From NCBI GenBank assembly GCA_964016885.1, contig OZ024751.1, positions 28,892,001-28,956,000 on the forward strand: a stretch of DNA of 64,000 bases, read 5' to 3'. Origin of the DNA: Eledone cirrhosa. Its lineage: Eukaryota. Shown here in pieces: positions 38,464-52,822 of the stretch. The notes under the pieces are model-generated. The model was not told the origin of the DNA and ran no database searches. It saw only the letters and a list, made by a program, of their open reading frames with translations. Made by a program: the position numbers and the translations under genes. Position 1 is the first letter of the stretch. Each line of letters opens with the position of its first letter.

Positions 38464-38938
38464 CATCATCATCATCATCATCAACGTTTAACGTCCGTGT
38501 TCCACGCTTGCATGGGTTTGGACGGGGGTAGTCCCACTTGAGGCAAGAGTGATTGTCTTGCTCGCATAGGACTGTCTGGCAGGTTTTCTACAGTTGGATG
38601 CCCTTCCTAACACCAACCACATTTACAGTGTGGGTCTGGGAGGTTTTTACCGTGTTGCCTACACGGCCACATTACAGCGTGGACTGTGTGTTTTTTTGTC
38701 GTGACACCTACACGATCTCATTTGTTTCGGCCTCGAAGGCGCGGCACCAACATAACTTTACATAGAACGGGGTGGTGTGGATCGGGTGGGGGTGGGGGTG
38801 GTGGGACGGGGTGTATTTTGTTAGAGATGCCTACTGGCTGGAGTAGGTTTTACTATATATTTAGGTAAGGCGGGTCTTCTCTGTTACTGAGTACCGCCAA
38901 AGGTCTCGGTCCAGTGACATTGTCTTGGAGAGGTGTAA

Positions 38939-38942
<4 letters not shown>
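38463..38942 (-). mobile_element. RTE 3' UTR with the extreme end of the ORF
   Basis: Matches 28218-28720. Confidence 0.85.
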
Positions 38943-39004
<62 letters not shown>

Positions 39005-39529
39005 ATATACACATACATAGATATGTAGTTTTGTTTAAAAATTTTCTCTTTTCATACTTTACTCTGCTAATAACAATCATCATAGTTTTAGTTATCTCCT
39101 TTCTTCAAAGTCTGTCTCTCCCCGTCTCTCCGTCTCTCTCTCTCTGTCTCTCCCGTCTCTCTCTCTCTGTCTCTCTCCGTATCTCTCTCTCGGTCTCTCT
39201 CTCTCCGTCCCTCTCTCTGTGTCTCCCCCCCCCTCTCTCTCCATAGTTCAATGAGCCAACAAGAGGTACAAAAAGTCTTCTTAGTTGTGTATGTGTATGT
39301 ATATATGTATATATGTATATATAAGTAGATAAACATCAAGTGATGGTGCTGAAAGTCTACCAGTCATTCTACTATATATCTATACAGACCAACCCAGATC
39401 AGCCCACTACTCCTACAGTCACTTTAACAAAATAAAGAACTTTACATTAATGCATTTTAAGAGTAGAATGAAATGAAAATTAAAACACCAATGAATTATT
39501 GTAGTACAATGAGGTGGGATGGATATATA

Positions 39530-39542
39530 TAAGTATGTATAT

Positions 39543-39595
<53 letters not shown>

Positions 39596-39953
39596 ATGTT
39601 TATATATGTCATGTATATATATGTTTATATATATATGTTTATATATATATATTATGTATATATATGTTTAAATATATATCAAGTATATGTTTATATATAT
39701 ATATTATGTATATATATGTTTATATATATATCATCTATATATATGTTTATATATATATCATATGTATATATATATGTATATATATATATGTTTATATATA
39801 TATATCTCATATGTGTATATATATGTTTATATATATGTATATATATGTATATATATGTTTATATATATATATATATGTTTATATATATATATATGTATAT
39901 ATATGTTTATATGTATATATATGTTTATATATATATGTTTATGTATATATATG

Positions 39954-39985
<32 letters not shown>

Positions 39986-40039
39986 TGTTTATGTATATAT
40001 ATGTTTATGTATATATATATATGTTTATGTATATATATG

Positions 40040-40071
<32 letters not shown>

Positions 40072-40175
40072 TGTTTATGTATATATATGTTTATGTATAT
40101 ATATATATGTTTATGTATATATATGTAAATATATATATATGTTTATATATATATGTTTATGTATATATATATGTT

Positions 40176-40211
<36 letters not shown>

Positions 40212-40898
40212 TATATGTATATATATGTATATATATATATACATATATATATATGTATATATATGTATATATATATATACATATATATATATGTATATAT
40301 ATGTTTATATATATGTATATATATGTTTATGTATATAAATGTTTATATATATTTATGTATATATATGTTTATATATATTTATGTATATATATATTTATGT
40401 ATATATATGTTTATATATATTTATGTATATATATGTTTAAATATATTTATGTATATATATATTTATATATATTTATGTATATATATGTTTATATATATTT
40501 ATGTATATATATGTTTATATATATTTATGTATATATATGTTTATATATATTTATGTATATATATGTTTATATATATTTATGTATATATATGATTATATAT
40601 ATGTATATATATATATGTATATATATGTTTATATATATGTATATATGTGTTTATATATATGTATATATATATCATATGTATATATATATATGTTTACATT
40701 TATATATATCATGTATATATATATATGTTTATATTTATATATATCATATGTATATATATATGTATATTTTTATATATATCATATGTATATATATATGTTT
40801 ATATATATATCCATAACACATACATACTCATAATTATAGGTACATATATTTTTCTGTATACAGAAAGTACAATTGAAATCTCAGAACGTGTGTATGTT

Positions 40899-40929
<31 letters not shown>

Positions 40930-41146
40930 GTATAGGTGTGTGTATCTATCTATATATCTCTCTATATATATAGGTGTGTGTATATATATATATAGGTGTG
41001 TGTATATATATATATAGGTGTGTATATCTATATATCTATTTATCTCTATATATATATATATATGTGTGTGTATATATATATATATAGGTGTGTATATCTA
41101 TATATCTATAAATCTCTCTATATATATAGGTGTATGTATCTATATA

Positions 41147-41178
<32 letters not shown>

Positions 41179-41211
41179 GGTGTGTATCTATATATCTCTC
41201 TATATATATAG

Positions 41212-41240
<29 letters not shown>
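39530..41240. repeat. Long (TA)-derived degenerate microsatellite
   Basis: ATATATGTTT/ATATATGT variants over about 1.7 kb. Confidence 0.95.
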
Positions 41241-41243
<3 letters not shown>

Positions 41244-41386
41244 TATTTAATTTCTACATATATAAGTACATAGTACTGATACCCACAATTAAATGTGTTT
41301 AAATTTTGATGTGTGGAAGATGAAATATAAGTACATTTGTTGTTGTTGGTGGTGGTGGGGCATTTACATAGTGTGTGTATATATGA

Positions 41387-41455
<69 letters not shown>

Positions 41456-41687
41456 CAAATATACACACCCACATTATGGCATCTCTGTATACATATATAC
41501 ATTGAGGCATCTGTGGTGGTGTGTGTATGTATGTATTTATATATATACATGAAGATGTTTGTTTGTGTATATATATGTTTATGTATGTAATATATACACG
41601 TATATTTATATATATATATATATACAAATATATATATGTAATATATATATATGGAGATGTATGTGTATATACATTAAGACGTGTATG

Positions 41688-41719
<32 letters not shown>

Positions 41720-41922
41720 CATGTATGTAACATATACACATGAAGTGGTATGTGTATATACATTAAGATGTACACAGTAGAGGTTTTGTATAGGAAGAAT
41801 GTAAAGTAGAACCAAACCTGTAATCAGAGATGTTTTATTGTGTACCATTAAATCAAAACTTAACAATAAACACATATATGTAATTTAAAATCTCTAAATA
41901 TACACATACACACACATATACA

Positions 41923-41972
<50 letters not shown>

Positions 41973-41975
41973 CTC

Positions 41976-42006
<31 letters not shown>

Positions 42007-42034
42007 CTCACATACATACATATATATACATACT

Positions 42035-42130
<96 letters not shown>

Positions 42131-43041
42131 TATATCTGTGTGTTGTTGAGTGTGTCACTATATAAATGAACTTTTATGTATGTATGGGGTATGTGTGTGC
42201 ATATGTATGGTGATATACCATAACATCAACACATCTGTATGAAATGTTAGTGTAGGTATATATATATGTATTAGTGTGTGTGAGTGTATATATATATGTA
42301 TGTGTGTGTGTATGTGTATATGTACGTATGTGTATGTGTCTATATGTATGTGTGTATATGTATATATGTGTATGAGTATATATATATGTGTATGTATATG
42401 TACATGTGTGTGTGTGTGTATATAGGTGAGTATATATGAGTGTATGTGTGTGTGTGTATATATATGTGTATGTATATATTTATGTGTGTGTGTGTGTGCG
42501 TGTACATATATATATGTGTGTGTGTTTGTGTATATATATGTGTATGTTAATTTATATATATATATATATGTATACGGGAGAGAGACAGATGTATATATAC
42601 ACACGTACATACATATACTTGAGAGAGAGAAAGGTATATGCACACACACACAGACACACACACACATATACATAGACACACACCTACATATATATATAAA
42701 GAGAGAGATAGACAACTAGCTAAGTAGAGGTGTATAGGAAGAATTCCCACAAAAGACATAAAATGAGTACGTTGAATACGAAACCTTCGTTTGATGTGTC
42801 ATGAGAGGTTCTGTTGTTGGTAATTAAATTATACTTTGGTTTGTTACTTCCTACTTATTGCTGCTGTTTTGTTTAGTAAGTCCTCTATCTACATCTATAT
42901 AGCGAGGCATGTATGTATGTATATATATATGTGTATATATATATATGTGTGTATATATATATATATATATACATATATACACATACACACACATATATAT
43001 ATATATATATATACATACACATACATATGTATGTATGTGTA

Positions 43042-43076
<35 letters not shown>

Positions 43077-43152
43077 GGGTATTTGTATATCTTCCATTTT
43101 TATCAACTTGTATCTTGTCAATTTTATTTTTAATTGAATTTTTTTTTTAGAA

Positions 43153-43189
<37 letters not shown>

Positions 43190-43192
43190 TAC

Positions 43193-43224
<32 letters not shown>

Positions 43225-43309
43225 GTTACTTACCTGTTTACATCACTAAACGGTTCTATTTCTAAACTCCAGCATTACTCTACCCTTACTTTTCTAAAAC
43301 AACACACAC

Positions 43310-43490
43310 ATACACTGCCATACATAGACACATACACGCACACATACACTGCCATACATAGACACATACACACTGCCATACATAGACACACTGCCATACA
43401 TAGACACATACACACACACTGCCATACATAGACACATACACACTGCCATACATAGACACATACACGCACACATAGACACAGACAGCCGCA
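43310..43490. repeat. CACTGCCATACATAGACACATA minisatellite
   Basis: About 6 copies. Confidence 0.85.
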
Positions 43491-44587
43491 CACAATAGCA
43501 AGAAGGACAAATAAACAAATAATTGTCATTATTACAAATAACTTCAGTGATAAATAACAAATTATGGTACATAATGGTAGTATTAGTAATAATAACAATA
43601 ATACTAACAAATGGTAGCAATAATGGCACCAACAGGAATAATAATGCTAACAACAACAATAATAATAATGATGATGATGATGATGATGATGATAAATGTG
43701 AACAGAAAAATAAATGTTAGGATATCTCTGTATGTGTGTGTATATATACATGTGTATGTATGTGTGCATGGGTATATATATATATATGTGTGTGTGTGTA
43801 TATATACATATGTATGCGTATATATAGGTATATGTGTATGTATATGTAGGTATATGTGTGTGTGTGTATGTGTGTATGTATATATGTGTATATGTATGTG
43901 TGTATATATGTATGCGTATATATAGGTATATGTGTATGTATATGTAGGTATGTGTGTGTATATGCGTGTATGTATATATGTGTATATGTATGTGTGTATA
44001 TGTATATGTGTATATATATGTGTATACATATGTGTGTGTGTGTGTATATATACGTATGTATGTGTATGTATATGTAGGTATATGTCTGTGTGTATATGCG
44101 TGTATGTATATATGTGTATATGTATGTGTGTATGTATGTGTATATATATATATGTGTGTGTGTATATATACACGTATGTATATGTGTATGTATATGTAGG
44201 TATGTGTGTGTGTGTGTATATGCGTGTATATATATATATGTATATGTGTATATATATGTGTGTGTATATATACATATGTATGTGTATATATGTATGCATA
44301 TATATAGGTATATGTGTATGTATATGTGTGTGTATATGCGTGTATGTATATGTGTGTCTATGTATGTATATATATGTATAATAAATGTGACTGTCTTTAC
44401 TTGAGTCAGTTTGGTATCGGTGCCAGTCACTATTTTAATTTTTACTTTGGTGTATATAAATACTTTTCACTTAACATTGTTTACATATTTTATTATTGAT
44501 TGGTATTGGAATTGCTATATTTATTTTTATTTTTGTCTATATACGTTTGTTAGACTTCATATTGGTCCCATTATTATTATTATTATT

Positions 44588-44930
44588 AGAGTTGTGGCCC
44601 TTAACGTTCTCAGTTGAAATCCCGTCGAGGTTAGCTTTGCCTTTCATCCTTAAGGGGTCGATAAAATAAAGCATCATTAATGCACGGGTCGATTTAATCG
44701 ACTTTCCCCTGTCCCGAAATTGCTGGCCTTGTGCCTATAGTAGAAACAATTATTATTATTATAAAGAACCAAAATGTCAGACCAAGTGCTTTGAGATATA
44801 TATTGATGGCCCTTAACATTCTGGGTTCAAATCCCACCACGGTCAACTTTGCATTTCATCCTTACAAGGATGATAAAATAAAGTACCAGCCAAACTACTG
44901 GGATCAATATAATCGACTCCCACCCACCCT
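44588..44930 (+). mobile_element. Two SINE family A copies in tandem
   Basis: B box and central domain at 44610-44670 and 44822-44890. Confidence 0.8.
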
Positions 44931-45279
44931 ACCTTGAAACTAAAGTCTTGAACTCTCTGTCACTTAGTGCCAAGGATAAGCACTGGTCTGATGATCCTTT
45001 GGCTGTGAACAGACTCACTTATTTAACTGGCATCAGAGAGATTCTTTGTCAGAACTTGAGTGTCCCACTTTATGATGTATCAGTTTTTATTCAGGAGTGG
45101 CTGCTCTGCTAGGTGGGTTGCTTTCACTATGACTTATGGAGATCATGTCTTCCCCATGCTATAATACTTCATTCAGAGTTGCTGCTTCCTTAGACATGTG
45201 TGTGTTTGTGGAACAGCAGATATAAAAGAGTGAGGATGATGATGATATATATGCTAGCTTGGAAATGATTTAATATATA

Positions 45280-45565
45280 TGCCCCCACACCCTCCCACTG
45301 CAAAGTGGTCATGGAGGTGCCACGGCAAAAAAGCACCCAGCCCACACTGTAAAGTGGACGTGTAGGCGCCACGGGAAAAAGCACCCAGCACTCACTGTAA
45401 AATGAGGTTGGTGTTAGGAAGGGCATCCAGCTATAGAAATCAAGCCAGAATCAGTTCCCGTATGAGCAAGACAAGGTCAGCCGACCGGACATTGCCCACA
45501 ACAGGACAACCCGTCTAACCCATGCTAGAGTGGAAGAACTGACGTAAAACGGTGATGATGATGAT
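45280..45565 (+). mobile_element. RTE 3' UTR
   Basis: Reverse complement of 13991-14275. Confidence 0.85.
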
Positions 45566-45566
45566 A

Positions 45567-45848
45567 ATCATCATCATCATTTTACGTCCGCTTTTCCCTG
45601 CTTGCAAGGGTGGGACGGGTCTTATTCAGCACAGCATCTCTCCACTCGTCACGGTCCTTCGTCATCTCCACCGTGAGCTTCAATGATCTGAGGTCTGTTC
45701 TCACCACCTCCGCCCATGTTTTTCACGGTCTACCTCTACCACGTCTTCCTTCAACTGGCATTTCCTGGCACTTCTTCACCCATCGGTCATCCTCCATGCG
45801 CATCACATGTCCATACCACCGCAGTCTCCTCTCCCGTACACTACATTC
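45567..45848 (-). mobile_element. RTE LINE, second family, 3' end
   Basis: RERRLRWYGHVMRMEDDRWVKKCQEMPVEGRRGRGRP.KTWAEVV... running into the (ATG)n tail. Confidence 0.88.
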
Positions 45849-45889
45849 TGATGATGATTTTATATATGTATATATATATATATATATAT

Positions 45890-46430
45890 ATCATCATCAC
45901 CATTTTACATCCATTCTTCCACGCTAGCATGGGTTAGACATATTGTCCTGTTGTAAGTTGACCTTGTCTTGCTCATACGGAAACTGATTCTGGCTTAATT
46001 TCTACAGCTGGATGCCCTTCCTAACACCAACCTCATTTACAGTGAGTGGTGGGTTCCTCCCCTCCGTGGTGCCTACACGACTTCTCCACAGCGTGGGCTG
46101 GGTGCTTTCTTGCCATGGCACCTCCACGACCACTTTGCAGATGATCACACGTCCATTTTTCTATGCTAGCATGGGTTAGACGAGTTCTGTTGTGAGCAAT
46201 GCTCGGTTAGGTGACTTTATCTCGCTTATACAGAACTGATTTTGGCTTGGTATATATATATATATATATGTCCAACCCTTGCAAGCAGGGAAAAGCGGAC
46301 GTAAAATGATGATGCTGATGATATATATAAAGGTAAGAAGGGCATTCAGCCGTAGAAAACCACCCAGAAACACCCCTATATGAGCGAGACACGGTCACCT
46401 GACCCAAATTGGACGTTAATCGATGATGAA
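45890..46430. mobile_element. Mosaic of RTE 3' UTR and tail fragments in both orientations
   Basis: Repeated GCTAGCATGGGTTAGAC and GGGCAT.CAGC.GTAGAAA motifs. Confidence 0.7.
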
Positions 46431-46522
46431 GGTAGATTAAATGAGTTGATGATACAACTGTATAAGGCAGTTAGCTATTCAAAGCTCTAAATTTTATCCA
46501 CATCAAGATTGGCAGAAGACAG

Positions 46523-46566
<44 letters not shown>

Positions 46567-46567
46567 A

Positions 46568-46598
<31 letters not shown>

Positions 46599-47105
46599 AT
46601 ATATATATATATATATTGCCGAGTTTGGGAAGGTGAGCTGTCTGTATTTGGTTTGCTGAATTTGGAGAGTGTGTTGCAGATTACATTAGCTGGAGTTATG
46701 AGTGCAGGTTGGCATTTGGTTTAGGATGTCTGCTGTGTTCTGTTGACAGATTGAAGCAATAATTGTTTTATTTACATATATATAATTACATACAAACATA
46801 CACACAAACACAAACAATTTATTTTGTCTATTTTTGCTAAGAAAATCTCTGATGAAACAAATAGTTCTTCATTTGAAGACATAATGATGGTAGAAGTTAC
46901 ATAAGTTGTAAGTCGAGTTTTCTGATTTCCTATAATTTTACACTATTGTTTTTTTTTTGTTTTTTTAAATTAAAAACAAAATAATTCTAGGCTTGTTAAC
47001 TCATTTCATCTGGAAGTCTGCCAGAGTTGTTAGCTTTTCAGCTTAGACTCTGATAAGTAGAGAGAATTTGCAAGAAGCTATGTATATACACACATACATA
47101 CGTAT

Positions 47106-47150
<45 letters not shown>

Positions 47151-48344
47151 CGTTTGTGTGAAAGTTAAAAAAAAAACATTCTGTGTAAAGAAAGACAAAC
47201 ATTTTTGTTTGAATTCAGACAAATAATAATAATAAGGATAATAATAATCGTAGCAAAATAACAACAGCAACAGATTGTAACTTTGTTCCATTTTCTAAAA
47301 TAAATGCAGAAAATGGCAAGCGGCGGCAATCTTTCTTTACATGGAACCAATTTAGATTATTTGTGAAAGATTAGCGTCATTTATTCTTTGTTCAATGAGA
47401 GAGATGCTACATTAAGAAGAAAACCAGCAACAGAAAACAACAACAATAATAATAAAAACAACAATAATAATAAAACAATAATAATGATAATGATAATAAT
47501 AAAAACAAGCCAAAATGTTATGCTGCTGACAACAGAAACTGTGTGAATGAGGGGTTTATTATTATTATTATCATTACTATTATTATTATTGCTATTGTTA
47601 TTATTGTTATTATTGTTGTTGTTGTTATTTTCTTGGTTTTGGAAGAAAGATCTTCGTTGTTGTCTGCAGTGATTGTTTATTGTTATTGTTGTTGTTGTTC
47701 TTGAAATTGCTGTCTGTCGAGGATTTTGTGTCGTCAACTTTCCATGCTACAACAGCAGCAATAACATACAATAATAAACAGATATAATGACTTAATATAA
47801 AGCACATTGACTAACTAACTATCTGTCTATCCGTCTGTCTATCTATTTGTCTGTCTGACAGAGACTAAACTAACTAAAGCAAAAGTTTTTTTCTTTTTAC
47901 TTTCCGATAATTCATTTAATAAAATTACCAATTGTTTGTGATTTTCTCATCATTGTTTGGCTAAGTGCTGACTTTATATCTACCTGTTTATATTTATCTA
48001 TATATATATATATATATATACATATACACACACACACTCTGCTTATATTTCTACCTTGTCTCTCTCTCTATATATATATATACCCTGCTTATATCTATCG
48101 TGCCTATATATATCTACCCTACATATATATATCTATCATGTCTATATACCTTTGTCAAACCTGTGAAGACTAGGCTTCTTTAGAGGCAGCCTTTACTTGA
48201 CTCGTAGCTACGTCACTGGGTTGTGATAGTTTGCTTGGGAACTACAGGTGTCACCCATTGCTCCATCTCCCCTAGTAGTTTACCGCTATTGGTCTAGGGT
48301 TGCTTATTCGTCCGGCAGTTGCCCGCTTATATTGATTCTACTAA

Positions 48345-48680
48345 AGTACAATCTTGTCCGCTGAAGGAAGCCAACGCAGTGCACTCTACATGTGAACAGA
48401 CTTCCACTGAAACAGGTAGAGAAGTTCAAGTATCTTGGAGCCGTGTTCATGAATGATGGAAGGCAGGAGACTAATTTAAGTGCAAGAATTGCTGGCGCTG
48501 GTGTCACCTTCAGTAATCGGAAGGGAGGTAGGCATAAAAGCCAAACTCGCTATCTTCAATTCAGTATTTGTGCCTTACCTATGGTCATGAATCTTGAGTA
48601 ATGACTGAAAAGATACAATTGCGAATACAAGCGGCCGAAATAGGGTTCCTCCAAAGGGTTTTTAGAGTAACATTACTCTC
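48345..48680 (+). mobile_element. Degenerate RTE LINE RT fragment
   Basis: LKQVEKFKYLGAVFMNDGRQETNLSARIAGAG, followed after frameshifts by MTEKIQLRIQAAEIGFL. Confidence 0.75.
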
Positions 48681-48789
48681 TAGCTTTCTCTCAAATGTTG
48701 CCAACTGTGTGTCTTTGTTCTCACTCTCTGTCTAACCCCCTTCTCTCTCTCTGTCTCTACTGCCAAGAACATGTCTCTGTTTCCTCCCC

Positions 48790-49015
48790 CTCTCTCTCTA
48801 TCACTGACTCTCTCTCTATCACTGACTCTCTCTCTCTATCACTGACTCTCTCTCTCTATCACTGACTCTCTCCCTATCACTGACTTTCTCTCTCTATCAC
48901 TGACTCTCTCCCTATCACTGACTCTCTCCCTATCACTGACTCTCTATCACTGACTCTCTCTCCCTATCACTGACTCTCTCCCTATCACTGACTCTCTATC
49001 ACTGACTCTCTCCCT
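48790..49015. repeat. ATCACTGAC(TC)n minisatellite
   Basis: About 12 units of 16-22 bp. Confidence 0.9.
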
Positions 49016-49436
49016 CAAATTTCCACTTTTTCTATCAAATTCGAAACTTCGGCTCCACCTCACACATAAATCAATTTATTTGGTTCACCTTTTATACTAC
49101 GATAGAACCTATCATTGCACATCTTATAGATGGTCAAAGGCAAAACGATGGCCACGGACGTCGTCTGAGCTTTTAGTTGTGTATTTGAGAATTCATCGGT
49201 TTCAAATCAAGTAATGTGAGAAAATTTGGCTTAGTGTTAGAGGTCATTACCTCCCTCCCCCAGCATGGCCCTTCGTCAGTCACCCTTGTTTCTCAGTGAT
49301 AAAGGTCATCACCACCCTCCCCCACATGGCCTGTGTGTGGCCATAGATGAGTCATCGAGAAGCAGTTGCTAAGATCAACACCTTTTCATCAAAGCAGATA
49401 TTATTTTACCTACCCAGGCAACGCTGGGTACTGCTG

Positions 49437-49540
<104 letters not shown>

Positions 49541-49899
49541 CTACTACCAACAGTATGTCTCACCTGGCACTCTCTTCACAGCAATGACAGTTGTAAAATT
49601 TCGCTCATCTTGTTTTATCTTCACCTAAACAAAGATAATTTGTCATTTCCTTCAAGACTTACTGCTTCAATCAAATTCTAGGAGAGACAGCTCCAAGCCT
49701 GTTGCTCTTTCTTTCTCACCCCCTCCTCCTCTCAAACATATATATATATATACATACATACATATGGGTGTGTATGTGGTATATGTGTATGTATATACAC
49801 ATGCATACATATGTATGTGTACATATACATGCATATGTGTGTGTGTATACATGCAGATGTGTGTCTGTGTGTGTACATATAAACATGCATATATTTGTA

Positions 49900-49947
<48 letters not shown>

Positions 49948-50055
49948 TACATACGTATATGTAAGTGTATATATATACCTGCATAGATATGTGTGTGTAC
50001 GTATACATGCATAAATACATGTGTCTACATATGTGTATATATAAGTGTAAGTATG

Positions 50056-50121
<66 letters not shown>

Positions 50122-50309
50122 CACATACACACTTAACTCTTTGTTTCCTTTAAGATTTCTTTATACACTTGTCTGGGTCTATTTTACAGTTTTAAGTTAA
50201 TGAAAATTGTGTGTAGTTGTTTTATTTTTAACTTTATTTTGTATTTTATTTTTCTTTGTGCCTGATGTTGCATGTCTGTAAAAATAGAAATTCTTTGCTT
50301 TGTGGAAGA

Positions 50310-50872
50310 GTTTGGTGGTGTTGTTGTTATTGGTGGTGGTGGTGTTGTTGTTGTTATTTGTGGTGGTGGTGGTGGTGATGGTGGAGTTGGTGGAGGTGTT
50401 GTTGTTATTGGTGGTGGTGGTGATGGTGGTGTTATTTGTGGTGGTGGTGGTGATGGTGGAGTTGGTTATGTTGTTGTTATTGGTGGTGGTGGTGTTGTTA
50501 TTGGTGGTGGTGGTGATGGAGTTTGTGGTGGTGTTGTTGTTATTGGTGGTGGTGATGGTGGTGTTATTTGTGGTGGTGGTGGTGATGGTGGAGTTGGGTG
50601 GTCGTGGATTTGTTATTGGTGTTGGTGATGTTGATGTTGGTGGTGTTGATAGTGGAGTTGTTGTTGTTATTGGTGGTGGTGATGGTGATGTTGTTGGTGG
50701 TGGTGATAGTGGAGTTGGTGGTGTTGTTGTTATTGGTGGTGGTGGTGGTGGTGTTGGTGTTATTGGTGGTGGTGGTGTTGTTATTGGTGGTGGTGATGGT
50801 GGTGTTATTTGTGGTGCTGGTGATGGTGGAGTTGGTGGTGTTATTGTTGTTATTGGTGGTGGTGGTGTTGTT
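50310..50872. repeat. (GGT/GTT) triplet-derived repeat
   Basis: Direct inspection. Confidence 0.95.
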
Positions 50873-51254
50873 TGAGTTAAGGAGACAAAAATGAACAACC
50901 TCTTCAGTGTACTTGGCAAACTTACCCACTTTTGCTTACACTCCCTCCCCCACATGTGTTGTTACCCCCTCTCACTCACCCTCCTCCATGTTGTGACATA
51001 TTTAATAACCATTTGATAACCAAACTGCAGAGGTCAATTCTGTCTTTTGTCCTCCTGAGTTTGATATCACACCTTACCAGTCATGTATTGCAGCTGTTTT
51101 AATTGTCACTTTTTCCCTTCTCTCTAAATTAGAAACCTTCTTCTTCTTTACTGTCTTCTTCTTCTTCTTCTTTACTTTCTTCTTCTTCTTCTTTGCTTTC
51201 TTCTTCTTCTTTTTCTTTTTCTTCTTCTTCAATTGGTTGGTTCGGCAGGACCAG

Positions 51255-51418
51255 CTGGCACTCCCAGTGCATTACTGGTGCTTTATTTTATCGACCCCTG
51301 TAAGGATGAAAAGTAAAACTAACCTCGGCAGGATTTCAACTCAGAATGTAAAGGGCCGTAACTCTATGCTGCAAAGCATATTGTCCAATGCTCTACCAAT
51401 TCTGCCAATCCACCACCC
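51255..51418 (-). mobile_element. SINE family A
   Basis: Reverse-complement head and body. Confidence 0.85.
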
Positions 51419-51527
51419 TATTAATAATAATTATAGTAATAGTATTAATCTACATAGTTTCTTTTATTTTGTATTTATTATTTTTTTTCCGCTAATATTT
51501 TTTATTCTTCTTGTTACAACACAGAAT

Positions 51528-51694
51528 CATGGCCCTTTACGTTCTGAGTTCAAATCCCGCCGAGGTTAGCTTTACCTTTCATCCTAACGGAGGTCGATAA
51601 AACAAAGCACCAGTAATGCACTGGGGTCGATTTAATCAACTTTCCCCCTTCCTCTTCAAATTGCTGGCCTTGTGCCTAAAGAAGAAACAATTAT
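51528..51694 (+). mobile_element. SINE family A, long-tail variant
   Basis: B box GAGTTCAAATCC through the tail. Confidence 0.85.
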
Positions 51695-52097
51695 TTGTTG
51701 TTGTTGCACATCTGTTGCTGTATACAATACTGCAGCAACTTCAAGTATTCAGTGCACCAGCTTTGAACATTTCTGAAAAATCCCTTGCAATTCCTCCTCT
51801 TACAATTTAAAAAGAATATTAAGAAAAAGCAAAAAAGCAAAAAAAAAGAAAAAATGACAAAAACCCCCAACAAACTACTATTATATAAAAGTTACAAATA
51901 AAACAAAAATACATGTTTATAAAATGTACATTCATTATTTAAAATAATAAATTAGAAATGCTGCTTATGATATACCACCACCTCTTTCTTTGGAAAGACG
52001 TTATAAATAATTGTTTTTCTCCTAAACTTCCTTCTCTGACCCGCCCCCCCCCTTGTCTCATACTTGTTTTGCCTCCTGTCCAGTTCTCACTCAGCCC

Positions 52098-52328
52098 AGC
52101 ACCACCACTACCATCACCACCACCACCACCACTACCACCACCGCCACTACCATCACCACCACCGCTACCATCACCACCACCACCACCACCACTATCATCA
52201 CTACTTCTCCACAGTCACCACTTCCACAACCACCACCATCACCACCACTACCGTCACCACCACACAATCACCATCACCACCGCCATACCATCACCAACAC
52301 CACCACCACTACCACCACTACCACCACC
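52098..52328. repeat. (ACC)n-type triplet repeat
   Basis: Direct inspection. Confidence 0.9.
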
Positions 52329-52788
52329 TCTTCTGTCTTTGAAACCTTATAAGAAGGTCTAGTGCCAGCCAGCCATCTGACAAACCTTCACCGTTCTCTG
52401 TCTTGCTGTTTCTCTGCAGCTCTCACAGATTTTCTGTTCCCACGGCGTAAATAACAGGTACGCCATACAGGATTCTTTGGTTCTGTGACACTAGGGTATC
52501 AAGGCATGTGCTTGTTCTCAGCTATCTAGTGTGTCTTTATGTATATATGTTTATGTATGTATGTTTGTGTGTATGATTGTATATGTGTGTGCGTATATAT
52601 ATATTTATTTATATGTACTGTATATTTATATATATGTACTGTATATTTATATATATATATTTATTTATATATATATATATATATATTTATTTATATATAT
52701 GTACTGTATATATGTATATATACATATATACATACATTTATATATACACATATATACATTTATATATATATATATATATATACATTTA

Positions 52789-52822
<34 letters not shown>

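Noticed and set aside
39514-40973. Long ORFs (up to 408 aa) of Y/I/M/C/V residues, and similar ORFs throughout the window
   Set aside because: They are translations of (TA)n/(TG)n microsatellites, which lack stop codons.
42755-42802. ATGAGTA...TACGAAACCTTCGTT hammerhead-like remnant
   Set aside because: The core CTG is missing and stem I is only partial.
47300-47560. Asn-rich coding-like stretch
   Set aside because: An (AAT/AAC)n repeat with stops and frame breaks, and no clear exon boundaries.
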